Shown one piece after another: positions 12,151 to 24,268 of a stretch of DNA of 64,000 nt. The DNA is from Botryllus schlosseri (taxonomy: Eukaryota). The stretch lies in the NCBI GenBank assembly GCA_051294905.1, contig CM119373.1, forward strand, positions 3,350,001-3,414,000, in the 5' to 3' direction. The translations under genes and the position numbers were made by a program. The notes under the pieces were generated by a model. That model did not search any database and had not been told where the DNA came from. It saw only the letters and a program-made list of their open reading frames with translations. The first letter of the stretch is position 1; every line of letters starts with the position of its first letter.

Positions 12151-13694
12151 GTCGGTTTCCTCACAATGCTGTTGCAACTATTAGATATATCAAGATATTC
12201 TAATATAGGCTACCGGTACTCGATATTCCTGTAAACTTAATACAACCAAATACTCCAGGGGTGGGTTAAATTGAGTATACTACTGAATGAGAACTTTTTT
12301 TGTTGCACTGTCATCAGAGAGGTTGTAGATACTCTTTTGAATCTTGTTATTCTGATTTTGTTACACAATTAGAGATTTAAAACAGTAACAGACATGCTCA
12401 GGTATTATAAGAAGAAGCGAACCGCTAAATATGCACCACATGAATTCGATCATGCCATCAAAGAAAGTAAGACAGGAAAGAGCTGTTATAATAGAGTCTG
12501 GGATTCCCTATGAAGCACTCATAACAAAGTTAATTAGAGCAACACAGAAAATTGTAGCCACGAGAGCAAGAATCAGTCGAGGAAAGTGACTAGATGAAAA
12601 GTTTGACTCGGGCAATTACTACACAGTAGTCTCACAAATAATGAAAAGAGAATCAAGAAATTATTTAGCTAGTCATAATGCCAAAAGAAGGCATGTTCAC
12701 TTGATCACGCCATAACTGGTGAGGTGCTGACATCAGAAGAAAGCATGACCAGACTGTAAGATGAGGAGAATGTATGAAAGCTAAAACGCAAGAGCAATGA
12801 AGTTGTGGTCAGTGACGATTATGAGGAGGAAGTAGCCACTTTAAGTACAGTTCTGAGATGGACTTGGGGAATTTGAAACAGTTCAGAAAGAGGAAGGATA
12901 TCAACGAGTTGGGTTGGCTCGTTATACAATACAGACAGACAAAGTTTCTGGGGCAGGTGGAAAATATGATGGGTGGCGGTGAAACATTCGAACATACTTT
13001 TTTGTTTGGTATGAACATAGCATCAACCAACGGGTTGCATATTTTCCTATCCCTGAAACATTGATGACATCAATTTCATGTGGAGAATATTTTCCATTTC
13101 ATTCAATGAAGTAATTTTCAAAGTGAAAGCACCAATTTCAGAAAGAAGAGGGGTTGTCAAATTTGAATCCAAACATTTAGTGAAACTTTGACATCTGATT
13201 ATTTCGTTCTGCTGTTCCTCCTAAAAAAGTTTCTGTTCAAGCAACAATAACAGATCTTGTTCCAGTTTCTTTTTTAAAAACATGTAAATATACTCAGTTT
13301 TCCCATACAATGGGTCATTTGGGTATAACGTGGGGATAAGGCTTGCTTCAAGTACACTTTAGACAGTATACTCAATTTTCCCACAAAATTGGGGTAAATT
13401 GAGTATACGAATTTGTAAAAAAAAAATCACAATATTTTTCCACTGCGAGCAAATTGAATCTTTAATTAATTTGCAACCGAAAATTCAACCATACAATGTA
13501 ACAAATATCAACCAGCCACCTTTTTATTAGACTGTTTATGAAAATGACAGCTGCTCAAACTTGAAAATATACTCAAATTCCCCCATCCCCCCCTATCCCT
13601 GGTTTTCGTAAATAATTTTACATGAAGATTTTCAGTAATTTGTAATTCACATTCTCTTTTTACTTCCACACAGTATAGCGGATTACGATAAAGC

Positions 13695-14552
13695 ATGCCT
13701 CCAATTCTAAACATCCCCGGTAACAAAAAGCCCGCGCTGAGCATATGGGCCGACTTGTCGGTGCACCAAGTCGACCAGCTGAACGCGGAGATAACGACCA
13801 ACGGAAAACGTCAGCTGCTACGTTCTATTCTCAAATTCGACGAGTCGCCAAGGAGCGAAATACTGCTGGACTTGTATCTAAACACTCTGAGATTTGCAAA
13901 ACTGCATAAATACAAAAGAGATCAGACTTCTGCATTGTTTTCAGTAGTGAAACAAACGCATGATACTGCTACATCAACGCCTTTCGGTAACATGGAGGAA
14001 TGCTTTGAATATTTCCGTGAGCTCATGCTTTTACACACGGTACACCGTCCACCGTGGAGCATAGAAGTATTTAACGCTGCGCAGCTTGAAGAAATCACGG
14101 CGCACGTGATCAATACATACTTCAGGCATTATAAACTGTACAAATACGCGTTTACGCCGAAAGTAAGGCTTGATTTGTCGATAAATTACGAAGGAAGAGT
14201 GCCTACTCCTGAACCTATAGAGTTAGATGACGACGATGATCAAGATGACATGATTGTAGCTTCGGAAAAAGCATCAGAACAAGTCTCTCCACGTAGCGCA
14301 GCCACTGATTCTCCGAAACAAGACGCTGTAAAACAGGACGAAACACACGAACAACCTTCTGAACTGGAAATAGTTGTACGAAAAGCGGTGACCGAACAAA
14401 TCAAGCAAATGCAACAGACCGTGGAGAAGCAGTTACACGATACTGACCAGATAATCAACGAGAAGATTCAGATGTTGGAACAGGGGCAGACGCCGGTGTC
14501 ACCGAAACCGAGGAAGTCGCCGAAAGGCAGCGCGAAGAGCAGGAAAAAATAG
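13695..14552 (+). CDS. CFAP119: Cilia- and flagella-associated protein 119 (CCDC189), single-exon CDS
   Basis: TPFGNMEECFEYFRELMLLHTVHRPPWSIEVF...INTYFRHYKLYKYAFTPKVRLDLSINY matches the CCDC189/C1a-32 family as I recall it. C-terminal coiled coil and basic tail. Confidence 0.9.
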   Translation: MPPILNIPGNKKPALSIWADLSVHQVDQLNAEITTNGKRQLLRSILKFDESPRSEILLDLYLNTLRFAKLHKYKRDQTSALFSVVKQTHDTATSTPFGNMEECFEYFRELMLLHTVHRPPWSIEVFNAAQLEEITAHVINTYFRHYKLYKYAFTPKVRLDLSINYEGRVPTPEPIELDDDDDQDDMIVASEKASEQVSPRSAATDSPKQDAVKQDETHEQPSELEIVVRKAVTEQIKQMQQTVEKQLHDTDQIINEKIQMLEQGQTPVSPKPRKSPKGSAKSRKK

Positions 14553-15022
14553 CCGCGGTCTACGATACGTTTATTTGCGATTTACGTTACTGAATATATA
14601 TATTTTTTTGAAAAATCTCGTTGGAAATTGGTGGCAACTGGTAGCTAGAGACCAAAGGTGGTCCGTAACTGAGTACTTCAACTTTTCAACATGGTTGTAA
14701 TGACTGGAGTCGCGATTTTTTGGATGGTTGACTTGTCTTGAGTAATTTTTTTGTTAATTTAAAATAACTTGAGTAAATTTGGGTATTGACTCGAGTCATT
14801 GCGCATGACTCGAGACTCAGACGGCCAAAACCGACATTTCATTGTAATTTCGAAGAATAGTAAAGTTACCGCACTATTGGGATTTTGTGCATTGGCACTG
14901 GTATTTGACAATGCGACCAGAACCTGCTAAAAGTGAGGAAAATTAGTAGGTTATATTATTAATGCGAACCATTCGATATCACCAAATTGAGTTATAAAAA
15001 GTGGGTTAACAAGACTGAGCAG

Positions 15023-15641
15023 TAGGGCTGTTCAAAAATAACCTTTTTTCCTGAATCTTGCTGGTTACTTGATTAAATCGTTAGGTTGCCTCAATAAACG
15101 ACGCACACCAAATTTGAATTCATTCCAACCAATATTCGCGGATTTCGTAGAGTTTGAAAATTTTGAATTTGCCTAAGAATGCAAAAAAATTTTTTTTTCC
15201 AATTTTCCCTCGAACCTTATGAAATTGTTGCGCTGTCTTCAAAAACGATGGAAAACAAATTTGACTCAATTCCAAGCTGCAGAAGCGGAGTTAATCAAGT
15301 TTTTTGATGATAATTCTGGGATGATCCATCAATCAAGGATAATCCCAGAATTATCAAAGAAAAACTGAAATAACTCCACTTCTACGGCTTCGAATTGAGT
15401 CAAATTTGTTTTGCATCGTTTTTGAAGACAGCGCAACAATTTCATGGGGTTGGCAGAAAAATTTGAAAAAATTTTTTTTTTGCATTTTTAGGCAAATTCA
15501 AAATTTTCAAACTCTACGAAATCCGCGAATATTGGTTGGGATGAATTCAAATTTGGTGTGCGTCAGTTTTTAAGGCAACCTAACGATTTAATCAAGTAAC
15601 CAGCAAGATTCAGGAAAAAAGTTTATTTTTGAACAGCCCTA
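15023..15641. mobile_element. Palindromic hAT-type MITE (TAGGGCT family)
   Basis: Near-perfect 619-bp palindrome TAGGGCTGTTCAAAAATAA...TTATTTTTGAACAGCCCTA. TSD CTGAGCAG at 15015-15022 and 15642-15649. Confidence 0.9.
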
Positions 15642-15742
15642 CTGAGCAGTCAACGCAATGACTCGGACTCGAGTCACAATACCATGACCCGGACTCGACC
15701 CTCTGATCACTGACTTGGACTCGGACTTGACTCGGTGGTGAA

Positions 15743-16899
15743 CAGAGGTGGTCAGTAACGAAGTAATTCTACTTTTTTGAAGTACTCAAGTAGTTTCCCG
15801 CTACTTCTGGTACTTACTCACGTAGATTTTCGCTACTTCTACTTCGAAATATTATGTGATCTACTTACTTACTTTTCGCTATTTTCAGTTTGTCAAGTAG
15901 AAGTAGTTCAATCCTCTAATCAGGAAGATATCCTGAGGAATTTCGGGACTGTTTTCACGGAGTATCAACATTTAATATTCATAAAAGTTGAGTAAAGCCC
16001 AGAATTTTCGTCGCGCTCAGTGGAGTGACCAGTATGATTTCACGAACGCATCGGTGAATATAATTTAGGTAGTGGGTTGGCGTGGTTCCGTTCACACCGC
16101 ATTGTCGCCCATATGAAATATTTCATCACAGTATATATGGCTCATCATAAAATTTGAAACTGATGTTTCCAAATGTGGCATTTACTTATCATATCTTGAT
16201 CTAGCAGTCCATGTCGTGTCCTAATCTGGAAGAGTGGACTCTGGCTTTTTTTTAAGTTTTAGACCTGTTTTAGCATACCACCTTTGAAACTTTCTGGACA
16301 AACGACATGAAATACATTTTCCGCTTTTAGAAGTAATATTTATATTTAACTTTCAATTCCCAGTACTTCTGGAAATAAAGCTACACAATACGGCATTTTT
16401 ATGATCCACCATATTTTTTAGTCACGCTTACTAATTGCGCAAAGTGTTTACATCGTATCCTATACAACTTCTCCGTATTGTTCTTCGACTAAACTACGGG
16501 CCTTATAATATGGGGGTGTGCGCCATACCATGATATTTTCTAAAACGTGCTGTTCGAGTAAACAGGATTAGTATCGAATTTCCATATCAATACTATTATT
16601 TTCATTATGATGCGGACAATTGCTTATGCTGTCGGAAATTGGATACCGCCTGGTATGCATCAAGCTTGGCACCATTTCGCATAGCTCAATTTCCACCTTT
16701 TGACAATCCATGCGAACGAATTACGATCGTTTACACAACTACTTACTTACTTGAGTAGATTTAAAGTCAGTAAATTCTAATTCTACTTCAAGTAGTTTAA
16801 GGTTGCTTAGTAGAAAAAGTACTTCTACTCGTACTTGAGTAGATTTTTTCGTTTCTACTTCTACTTGAGTAGCTTTCTTGACTAATTTGAACACCTCTG
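15743..16899. mobile_element. hAT-type non-autonomous element (CAGAGGTGGTCA family)
   Basis: TIR CAGAGGTG / CACCTCTG. TSD GTGGTGAA on both sides. AAGTAG/CTACTT subterminal repeats. Colinear with 22132-23403. Confidence 0.9.
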
Positions 16900-17624
16900 G
16901 TGGTGAATTGAAAACGACTTGACTCGAGTCAAAACTATAAAAGGGAGATTGACTTGTGGCTAGGTTACAACCATGCATTACAAAGAGTGCGTTTTGCCTA
17001 TACTTGCACTACTTAACAGACTGGTTATAATTTTAGACTAATTTTACTCAACAAACAGCTTTGACCACCTCTGGAGGCTTAGAGGTGATCAGCAGGACAA
17101 GTTTTGGTGCAGTAAAATCAGTTGAAAGTTGCACTTATTTTTCACAAAAGTTGCATTTATGGACAAGTTCCTTAAAATTGAGATACTCGTGTCGTTCCAT
17201 ATCGAAGACACTGTCAGTAAAAATCAATGTTGGCTACTTCAACCTAATCAATAGCCCGAAAAAATTGACCATGTGAAAATATCATTTTTGGCAGTCCAGC
17301 CTGAATATACGTCAAATCAGAAAGGACCTCAAATTTAAACGACAGTGAAGTAATCAAGCGATCTATTTTCATATAATGCCAAATATTTCTAGTAAGGAGT
17401 TAGTAGCATGAAAAAAACGAAAAACTTGCAAAAAGTTGTATGGGAAATCGAAAAAAGTTGCAATATAAGATTCCTCCAAACAGCTTAAAACACCATACTA
17501 CATTTAGGAAGCTGCCGTAAGCTGTAAAACAAGTTGCAAAAACTGGCCCTGGTGATCAGTAGTGAAGTACTTCTACACGAGTAGGTTTTGCCCCGTTCAC
17601 TCACTCAGATTTGTTTGTTCTTAA

Positions 17625-19420
17625 AGGGCATCTTTATCGGTTGAATCGACTTTCCGTAATACGCTAGATATATTTCCACTGATTTTGAAAATATATACCG
17701 TTTTCGCGGAATATGGGTATTTTTCAAGATATCGGGCGTAAAACAGCAACCTCCGCTGAAAAACACAAAATCGCTCGAGCGTATGATGAGGTCAGACATT
17801 GGACAGATTTATTTCTGTTGCTCACTCACTGGTCGGGTGCCGTACGGCGAACGTGGATATTTGGTGACCTGTTGGTTTGTTTCTTATTTCTGTTGAAGTG
17901 ATTGGCGACTTTTTCGTGTATCGAAGAAGATGGACAGAGTAGATAGCAGACTATCGAAGAGGAGACGAAAAACCGGTAAACGATGCGTGGCATACGGGTG
18001 CTCAAATGGCCCCTACACAATACCTAAGGTTTCGTTCCACGCATTCCCCAGAAAAGGGTCTCAACCCATAAGGCACAAGGCATGGGTTGATGCGGTTAGG
18101 AGAACGAGGAAAGACTGGGTGGGACCACCAGAAAAACTATCCGCCTTTTTTAGTTGTGTTTTGTGTTCCAACCATTTTGAAAAGAAATGCTTTGTGCCCA
18201 TAAACGAACTTCATAGGCAGGCTGGTTTTCGATGTAGTAAAGTGCAGCTAAAAAAGGATGCAATTCCAACTAAATTTTATGTGCGTGCTCGGGATAAACA
18301 ATTGAAGAAATCGAGGGACACAACGTCATTGGTCAAGCTTCATGAGGCAAGAACATATGCATCCGTCATCAAGCATGGTGCCATGGAAACTGATTTTTGT
18401 GATATGGATATCATCAAATCATCTATGAACGACAGTACTTCCGCTGGTGATACCTACTCCGATCACCGAATATTATTAGATAAAGCGACTCAGACGGATA
18501 AAGGTCATGCTATAAGGAAGATGAAAGATTTTTCATGTCAGGTTGGAAGTAGCTTCATTCATTATTCATTACCCCAATGAGGAGGATTATTGCAATGGAA
18601 GTGAATGAAATTTGAGTGATGCCGACTCTGAGTACAATGCTGAGAGTGACAAGGAATCAGAAATAAGCGATGTTACTGAAGAAATTTGAAGTAGGCTACC
18701 ACCAGTGGGTTTACGATGGTTAAAAACAGAAGATCGTTGATCTTTTATCCAACCTACCCGTTGTTCCAAATGAATACGACATTAAAGTTTCATGGTTAAC
18801 GAGAGTTGATCAAGGGTGCCCTGACAAATGCTGCAACTATCACCGTACGTGGGAAACATTGTGATGACCAGTGCAATCATGTTCAGTGGATCATCTCCTT
18901 CGAAAGCACTGAAAATGTTTCGTTTGATGGGTTTACTGTCGATTTCCGACTCTTCGTGTGTATGCAATACCATAAGGTACCTATTTGATTCCATTTGTGA
19001 ATGTAGATTATACTACGGCGAATGACTGCGATTTGGCAATGGTTGGTGGAAAGTCACTGATACTACCTGACGACGGGAGGGCTGACAGTCCAGGACATAG
19101 CGGAGAGTATATGATTTACACTCTGATGGATACCGCCTCAAGAAAGTTTTAAGCAGCAATACTTCTGACAACGAGACCTTGACCGCACTCCTCAATCACT
19201 TGATTTCGGTGCGTAAAGTACTCCATTTGAAATTTATCTCACAATCCTTTTAACGTGGCTATTTCAATGAAGTGGACTAATTTCCAGCTAATCCATGTCA
19301 TATATTTTTTTTCGTTTACTCCACTATAGGCCCTTGTCAAGATCAAAACAAGTGGAAAAGACATCCCTGCCTCTTCAAGCATACCTGGAACACGATGTCA
19401 CTATTATTTCAAATATGACC
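17625..19420 (+). mobile_element. Decayed Kolobok-like DNA transposon (THAP plus transposase remnants); right end lost or approximate
   Basis: TTAA|AGGG left end at 17621-17628. THAP ORF followed by out-of-frame remnants GNIVMTSAIMFSGSSPSKALKMF (~18850-18920) and DGRADSPGHSGEY (19072-19110). Confidence 0.7.
17930..18580 (+). CDS. THAP zinc-finger protein, 216 aa (N-terminus of the transposase, possibly a pseudogene)
   Basis: C2CH THAP signature CVAYGCSN..SFHAFP..W..AVRR..W..LCSNHF..CF..LKKDAIPT. Confidence 0.8.
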   Translation: MDRVDSRLSKRRRKTGKRCVAYGCSNGPYTIPKVSFHAFPRKGSQPIRHKAWVDAVRRTRKDWVGPPEKLSAFFSCVLCSNHFEKKCFVPINELHRQAGFRCSKVQLKKDAIPTKFYVRARDKQLKKSRDTTSLVKLHEARTYASVIKHGAMETDFCDMDIIKSSMNDSTSAGDTYSDHRILLDKATQTDKGHAIRKMKDFSCQVGSSFIHYSLPQ

Positions 19421-20530
19421 GAAATTTCAATTTGACTGACCTCGGCTTCTACTGGTTGGAATTGAGTGAAATTTGGTGTGCAACGTTTTTTTAGGTAACC
19501 TGACGTTTTGACAACCAAGCCGATGAAATTTGTAAAAAAAAATGTTTTTTTAACACCACTAGTGCGCAGGCTCGTGAAAAATTAGAGGGAATTTTGCCTG
19601 TTGCTGTGTGCATGTCATGCTTATTTAGGGGGCTTCAATAGTTTGGAAGCCATGTTTGTATTCGCTAGATGGGGCATGCTTGACCGCATTTCTTGGTCAT
19701 GTCTAACGAAACATTCTGGATATAGGTGTGATAAGGTATTTTTTGTACGTATCAATAGTAATCAACCCACCAGCCGTTCCCCACTATATTTACCTACCGT
19801 ATCTTGTTGGGTCTTTAACTATCTTGTTCGATCTATTTCCGTATCATCAGTGAATTGGTACTTTCAAGCAATATTCCGCCACTACTTCAGGATCGCGTAT
19901 AATTACATAGGGTAACTAATAGGACTTAGCAGCGCTGGCAGAAGAAAGGAGGGCAGCTCTACATCTAGAATCGTTTAGGCAATTCAGCTACTATTATATT
20001 AGCAGGGGGCTAAATACAGTACTTCAAGTAGATTTTGGTTACTCGTGCCACTTCTACTCGACAATTTTCAGTTTTTGAGATGAAACTATGCTTAGAATGC
20101 TGACTTTTTTACATGGCTTCTGCTTAAGTACCAGTGGCTGCTTGAACACATCTGTATTCACTAGCTACATTGCCTTCTTTTCCGTACTATCTTCTTTTAC
20201 TTTTCATTCAGTGTGCGTTGCGCCTCTTTACATCGCCTAGGCCAAGGTAGGTGTATGATTCCAAAGACTTCTCAATGGTACTCATTACTCAAGTTGTTTC
20301 GACACCTTCCTATCTTTTCATTGTATCGCAATTTTTGTGTTGTATTGAACTGATTAAAATTGTTAATAAACCGAAACGAACTGGTGCTCAATTCATTTGC
20401 TCAACAAATACATTAATGAATGATAAAAACGAATCCTTTTTATAGCTGCCAGAGGTAAATTCTATACAGAACGGAGCACAACCTCAACCGCCGTGTTATC
20501 GGAACTAACACCCATTTAGGCTGAGCAACC

Positions 20531-20995
20531 CAGGGTTGTAATGACTCAAGTCGCGATTTTTTGGTGACTCGAGTCATTTTCTTAAAAATGACTTGACTCT
20601 GGTTAATTTGTGTATTGACTTGACTTGTACTCGAGTCATTGCGCATGACTCGAGACTGGGTCTGCCAGGACAGGCATTTCTTAGTAATTTCGAAGAATAG
20701 TAAAGTTATCACACTATTATTATTTCGTCTATCAGTACTGATACTTTTAAATGCTAACATAAACTGATAAAAGTGAGGAAAATTAGTATATTATGAATGC
20801 GAAGCATTTGATATCACCGAGCAGAGTTGTAAAAAGTGGGTTTCACATGACATTAACTATAGGGACTGATCAGTGATCAGTCAACACAATGACTCGGACT
20901 CGACACTATACTTAGTGACTTGGACTCGGTGGTGAATCGAAAATGACTCAAGTCAAAATTATAAAAGTGAGATTGACTTGGGACTTGGTTACGAC
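20531..20995. mobile_element. GACTCGAGTC-family MITE with its right end interrupted by another MITE
   Basis: Starts CAGGGTTGTAATGACTC. Body similar to 27623-28191. Confidence 0.75.
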
Positions 20996-21181
20996 CAATG
21001 TTCCCTCTAAGCTGCGCAAATGCGCAGTGCTAACACGGTCTCTGCGCACAGAAAATGTAAGTTGCGCACAAAAAATCCGATATGATGACCTTTTTTTTTA
21101 GTCGTTAGGCCTGTTGTCCAAGGGTCTGCGCAGTGAGTTCGTGAGTGTGCGCAGACTCGTCAAAAATTAGAGGGAACATTG
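20996..21181. mobile_element. hAT-type MITE (CAATGTTCCCTCTAA family)
   Basis: TIR CAATGTTCCCTCTAA / TTAGAGGGAACATTG. TSD GTTACGAC/CTTACGAC. Confidence 0.85.
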
Positions 21182-21230
21182 CTTACGACCCACATCAAAT
21201 GATAACCTCACACTCGAAATCATGGTTAAA

Positions 21231-21495
21231 AGAGAGAGAGAGAGATATGATATTCTTTCTCGCCTGCACCATCGAGATGCTTTGGCGACGGAGTTGCGAT
21301 ACGGCCCCATGAGGTCATCTAGTCTGCGCCCCCGTTTTTTTTTTCTCCTCCATGCTATCCGTGATTGCTGAGCGCCTAGCAGGATAGCTGCGGATACCAT
21401 TTTTCGAGTCTTTGGTATGACCCGGCCGGGGATCGAACCCACGACCTACCGCTCGAGAAGCCGGACGCATAACCATTACACTATCTCGCTCGGTC
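21231..21495 (-). mobile_element. tRNA-derived SINE
   Basis: Minus strand: A box TAGTGTAATGG, B box GGTTCGATCC, central GGTCATACCAAAGAC..AAAATGGTA..GCGCTCAGCA, (CT)n tail. Near-identical copy at 56058-56314. Confidence 0.9.
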
Positions 21496-22131
21496 AACTA
21501 TAATAAGCGGTTCTTTTATTTCCAGCCTCACAAGACACACAAATTACAATGTAATGAACAGGTCGTAGGATTTCGAAACGACCAAGTAACTGTTCAGTTG
21601 AATACAATGAGAAGATCGGAAGGTGTCGAAACGTGATGGAGAAGTCTTTGAAATCAGACACCCACGATCCACCTTGCGTTAGGCGATGTGAAGAAGAGGC
21701 ATGCACATTGGATGAAATGATATAAAGCAAGACATACAAGGAGCAGCGATGGAATTGAGTATGGCATGTGACAGTAGGCGAGGTCGGTGGCCCCGTAATC
21801 TTCAAGACTGACTATAGCTTTCCTCGCCACGCCCTTCACATGGTGTTTCTCTGACCTCTGTTGTGTGAAAAAATGCCGTAATATTGGATGAGGAGGGGAG
21901 GATGAGCCCTTATATAGCCTACCTTCGACACCTCGTAACGTGTTGTAACTTACAACCAAGTCCCGGGCATGGACCAGGGTGCTACCAGTAAGAGCCTTTA
22001 ATAAACAATTCTGCCATAGGTGACTGGCGGCACAAAACTTGAATATTGGTTTCAATTTCAAGACTACATTCATTGCAGTGTAATTTATTTAGACTTTTCT
22101 TGTGGTCCCCAACAGTTAACTGCACAATTAT

Positions 22132-23403
22132 CAGAGGTGGTCAGTAACGCAGTACTTCTATTTTTTCGAAGTAATCAAGTAGTTATCCTCTACTTCTGGT
22201 ACTTATTCAAGTAGATATGATTTTGCTACTTCTACTTCGTAATATTTTGTTATCTACATACTTACTTTTCGCTATTTTCAGTTAGTCAAGTAGAAGTAGT
22301 TTAATCCTAATTTCAGGAAGATAGCCTGAGGAATTTCGGGGCTGATTTCAAAGAGTATCCACATTTAATTTTCATAAAAGTTGAGTAAAGCTCAGGATTT
22401 TCGTCGCGCTTCGCGCTCAGTGTATACGGAGTAGCCAGTATGATTTCACGAAAGTATCGGTGAGTATAATTTAGGTAGCAGGTTGGCGTGGTTCCGTTCA
22501 CACCGCATTGTCACCCTTCGCCCATATGAAAGATTTCATCACAGTATATATGGCTCATCATAACGTTTAAAACAGATGTTTCGTAATCTAGCATTTACTT
22601 ATCATATCGTTATCTAGCAGTCCATGGCGTGTCACAATCTGGAGAAGTGGACTCCAACTTTTTATAGCTGTTTTAGCGTACCACCTTTAAAACTTTCCGG
22701 ACTAAAGACAAGAAATACATTTTCCGCTTTCAGAAGTAGTATTTATAGTTCATTCAATTGCCAGTATCGTATACTTTGAGTTCTAATAAATATCGGTTCT
22801 TTTGTCTGGATAACGTACATGTTGAAGAATAAAAGAAAGTGTAGTAATGCCTTTAATTTCCAGTAATAAAGCTACACAATATGGCATTTTTACGATCCAC
22901 CATATTTTTTATTAACGTTTACCAATCACACAAAGTGTTTACACCGTATCCTATACAACTTCTCCCAATTGCTCTTCGGCTAAACTACGGGCCTTATAAT
23001 ATGGGGGAGTTCGCTAAACCATGATATTATCTAAAACGTGTTGTTCGATTAAACAGAGGATTAGTATCGCATTCCCATATTAATAGTCAATACTATCATT
23101 TTCATCGCATGATGCGGATGAATGCTTATGCTGTCAAAAATTGAATACCTCCTGGTATGCATCAATATGAATCAAGCTCGGCACTTTTCGCATAGCTCAA
23201 TTTGCACCTTTTTACAATCCTTGCGAACGAATTACGATCGTTTTCACAACTACTTACTTACTTGAGTAGATTTAGAGTCAGTCAATTCTACTTCAAGTAG
23301 TTTCAGGTTGCTTATGGAAAAAGTACTTCTACTCGTACTTGAGTAGATTTTTCATTCGCTACTTCTACTTCTGTAGCTTTTTTGACTACTTTGACCACCT
23401 CTG
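22132..23403. mobile_element. hAT-type non-autonomous element (CAGAGGTGGTCA family)
   Basis: TIR CAGAGGTGGTCA / TGACCACCTCTG. TSD ACAATTAT at 22124-22131 and 23404-23411. Confidence 0.9.
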
Positions 23404-24065
23404 ACAATTATACACATATAACGTAGATTCAAAGGAGTGAGTTACTTGTTCCGTTAACTCTTGATAAAGATAGGCAGATCAGATTAACTACGCCAAAAAA
23501 TGGGACATTATTTGCCAGCAAGTAAATCGAAAATAGAATTGTAACGTTTGATGATATTTTACGTTTCCGCGACAGGCAATAGTTACAAAATATATTTCTC
23601 AGTTTCAGCCCATGTTTCTGCCACAACTTTTGCTAATAAGGTATGATCGTTTTCAACGAGATCATAAAATTGTTTGCACATAATATCGTTGAAGTTTGGT
23701 ACCCCCGTCGAGGTGTGTTCGGAACTGATCCTACTAATAGGCTACTTCTTTCTTTCGCAATTGTGTCCGTTCAAAGAAAATTGGGTCAGATCTTCGCAAG
23801 TGAAAAGGCCCAAATGCAGCAGAGAACGTCGCACAATGTTTGCAGCAACAATCAAGAAGGTAGGTAATTTGTCGGAAAACCTTTCTGAAACCAACAATGC
23901 AGCATGTTTCAAGGTTACAGAAATTTTACGGAAATAAATATAACGTCTCGCCTAAAAGTCTTGAGAATGAGAACAAATCCTAAAAGAATGCCAGGGTATG
24001 GCCGCTGTCTACGAAACATCATATTCGAATCACAGCACCGTTTCTACAAAATCGATTTATTGCAA

Positions 24066-24268
24066 TCACCGACACGATTTTTCGTTCAAAAAGAATTGTT
24101 CTAAATATTCTTGCTCCAGAGGATGCACCTTCCCGACCACAATGAGCGAGTGCAGCGGTTTTCCCATGTCTTCGTATTCGCTCAGTTCCCGTAAGGTGGC
24201 GGCCGCGATCCGCTGATCTTCGGACCCCACGCGCGACAGACCGACGCACAGCGTATCGCTTGAAAATT
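24066..24268 (-). CDS. DPH5: Diphthine methyl ester synthase, coding exon 6 (last)
   Basis: tttcAG acceptor at 24269-24270. (E)FSSDTLCVGLSRVGSEDQRIAAATLRELSEYEDMGKPLHSLIVVGKVHPLEQEYL..stop. Phase matches exon 5. Confidence 0.93.

Larger units (their letters stand above)
8394..13593 (+). mobile_element. Decayed pogo/Tc1-mariner-like DNA transposon interrupted by a LINE
   Basis: TA dinucleotides at 8392-8393 and 13594-13595 flank TIRs GGGGGGG(GG)TGGGGGAACTTGAGTA / TACTCAAATTCCCCCATCCCCCCC. The subterminal motif repeats at ~8422, 12258, 13290, 13368 and 13391. Broken ORF from 12394 (MLRYYKKKRTAKYAPHEFDHAIKESKTGKS..SGIPYEAL) resembles an N-terminal psq-type HTH. Confidence 0.7.
14690..16975. mobile_element. 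hAT-type MITE (GACTCGAGTC-repeat family) split by two nested insertions
   Basis: Termini CATGGTTGTAA / TTACAACCATG. Degenerate TSD CTTTTCAA/CATTACAA. Body matches the intact copy at 27623-28191. Confidence 0.75.

Noticed and set aside
21420..21495. Functional tRNA gene (also at ~56240-56314)
   Set aside because: It continues into a shared ~190-nt body and (CT)n tail in both copies, and the stems are imperfect, so it is a SINE head.
21494..22073. Minus-strand 103- and 139-aa ORFs downstream of DPH5
   Set aside because: No recognisable domain or clear splice structure, so I cannot support them as genes.
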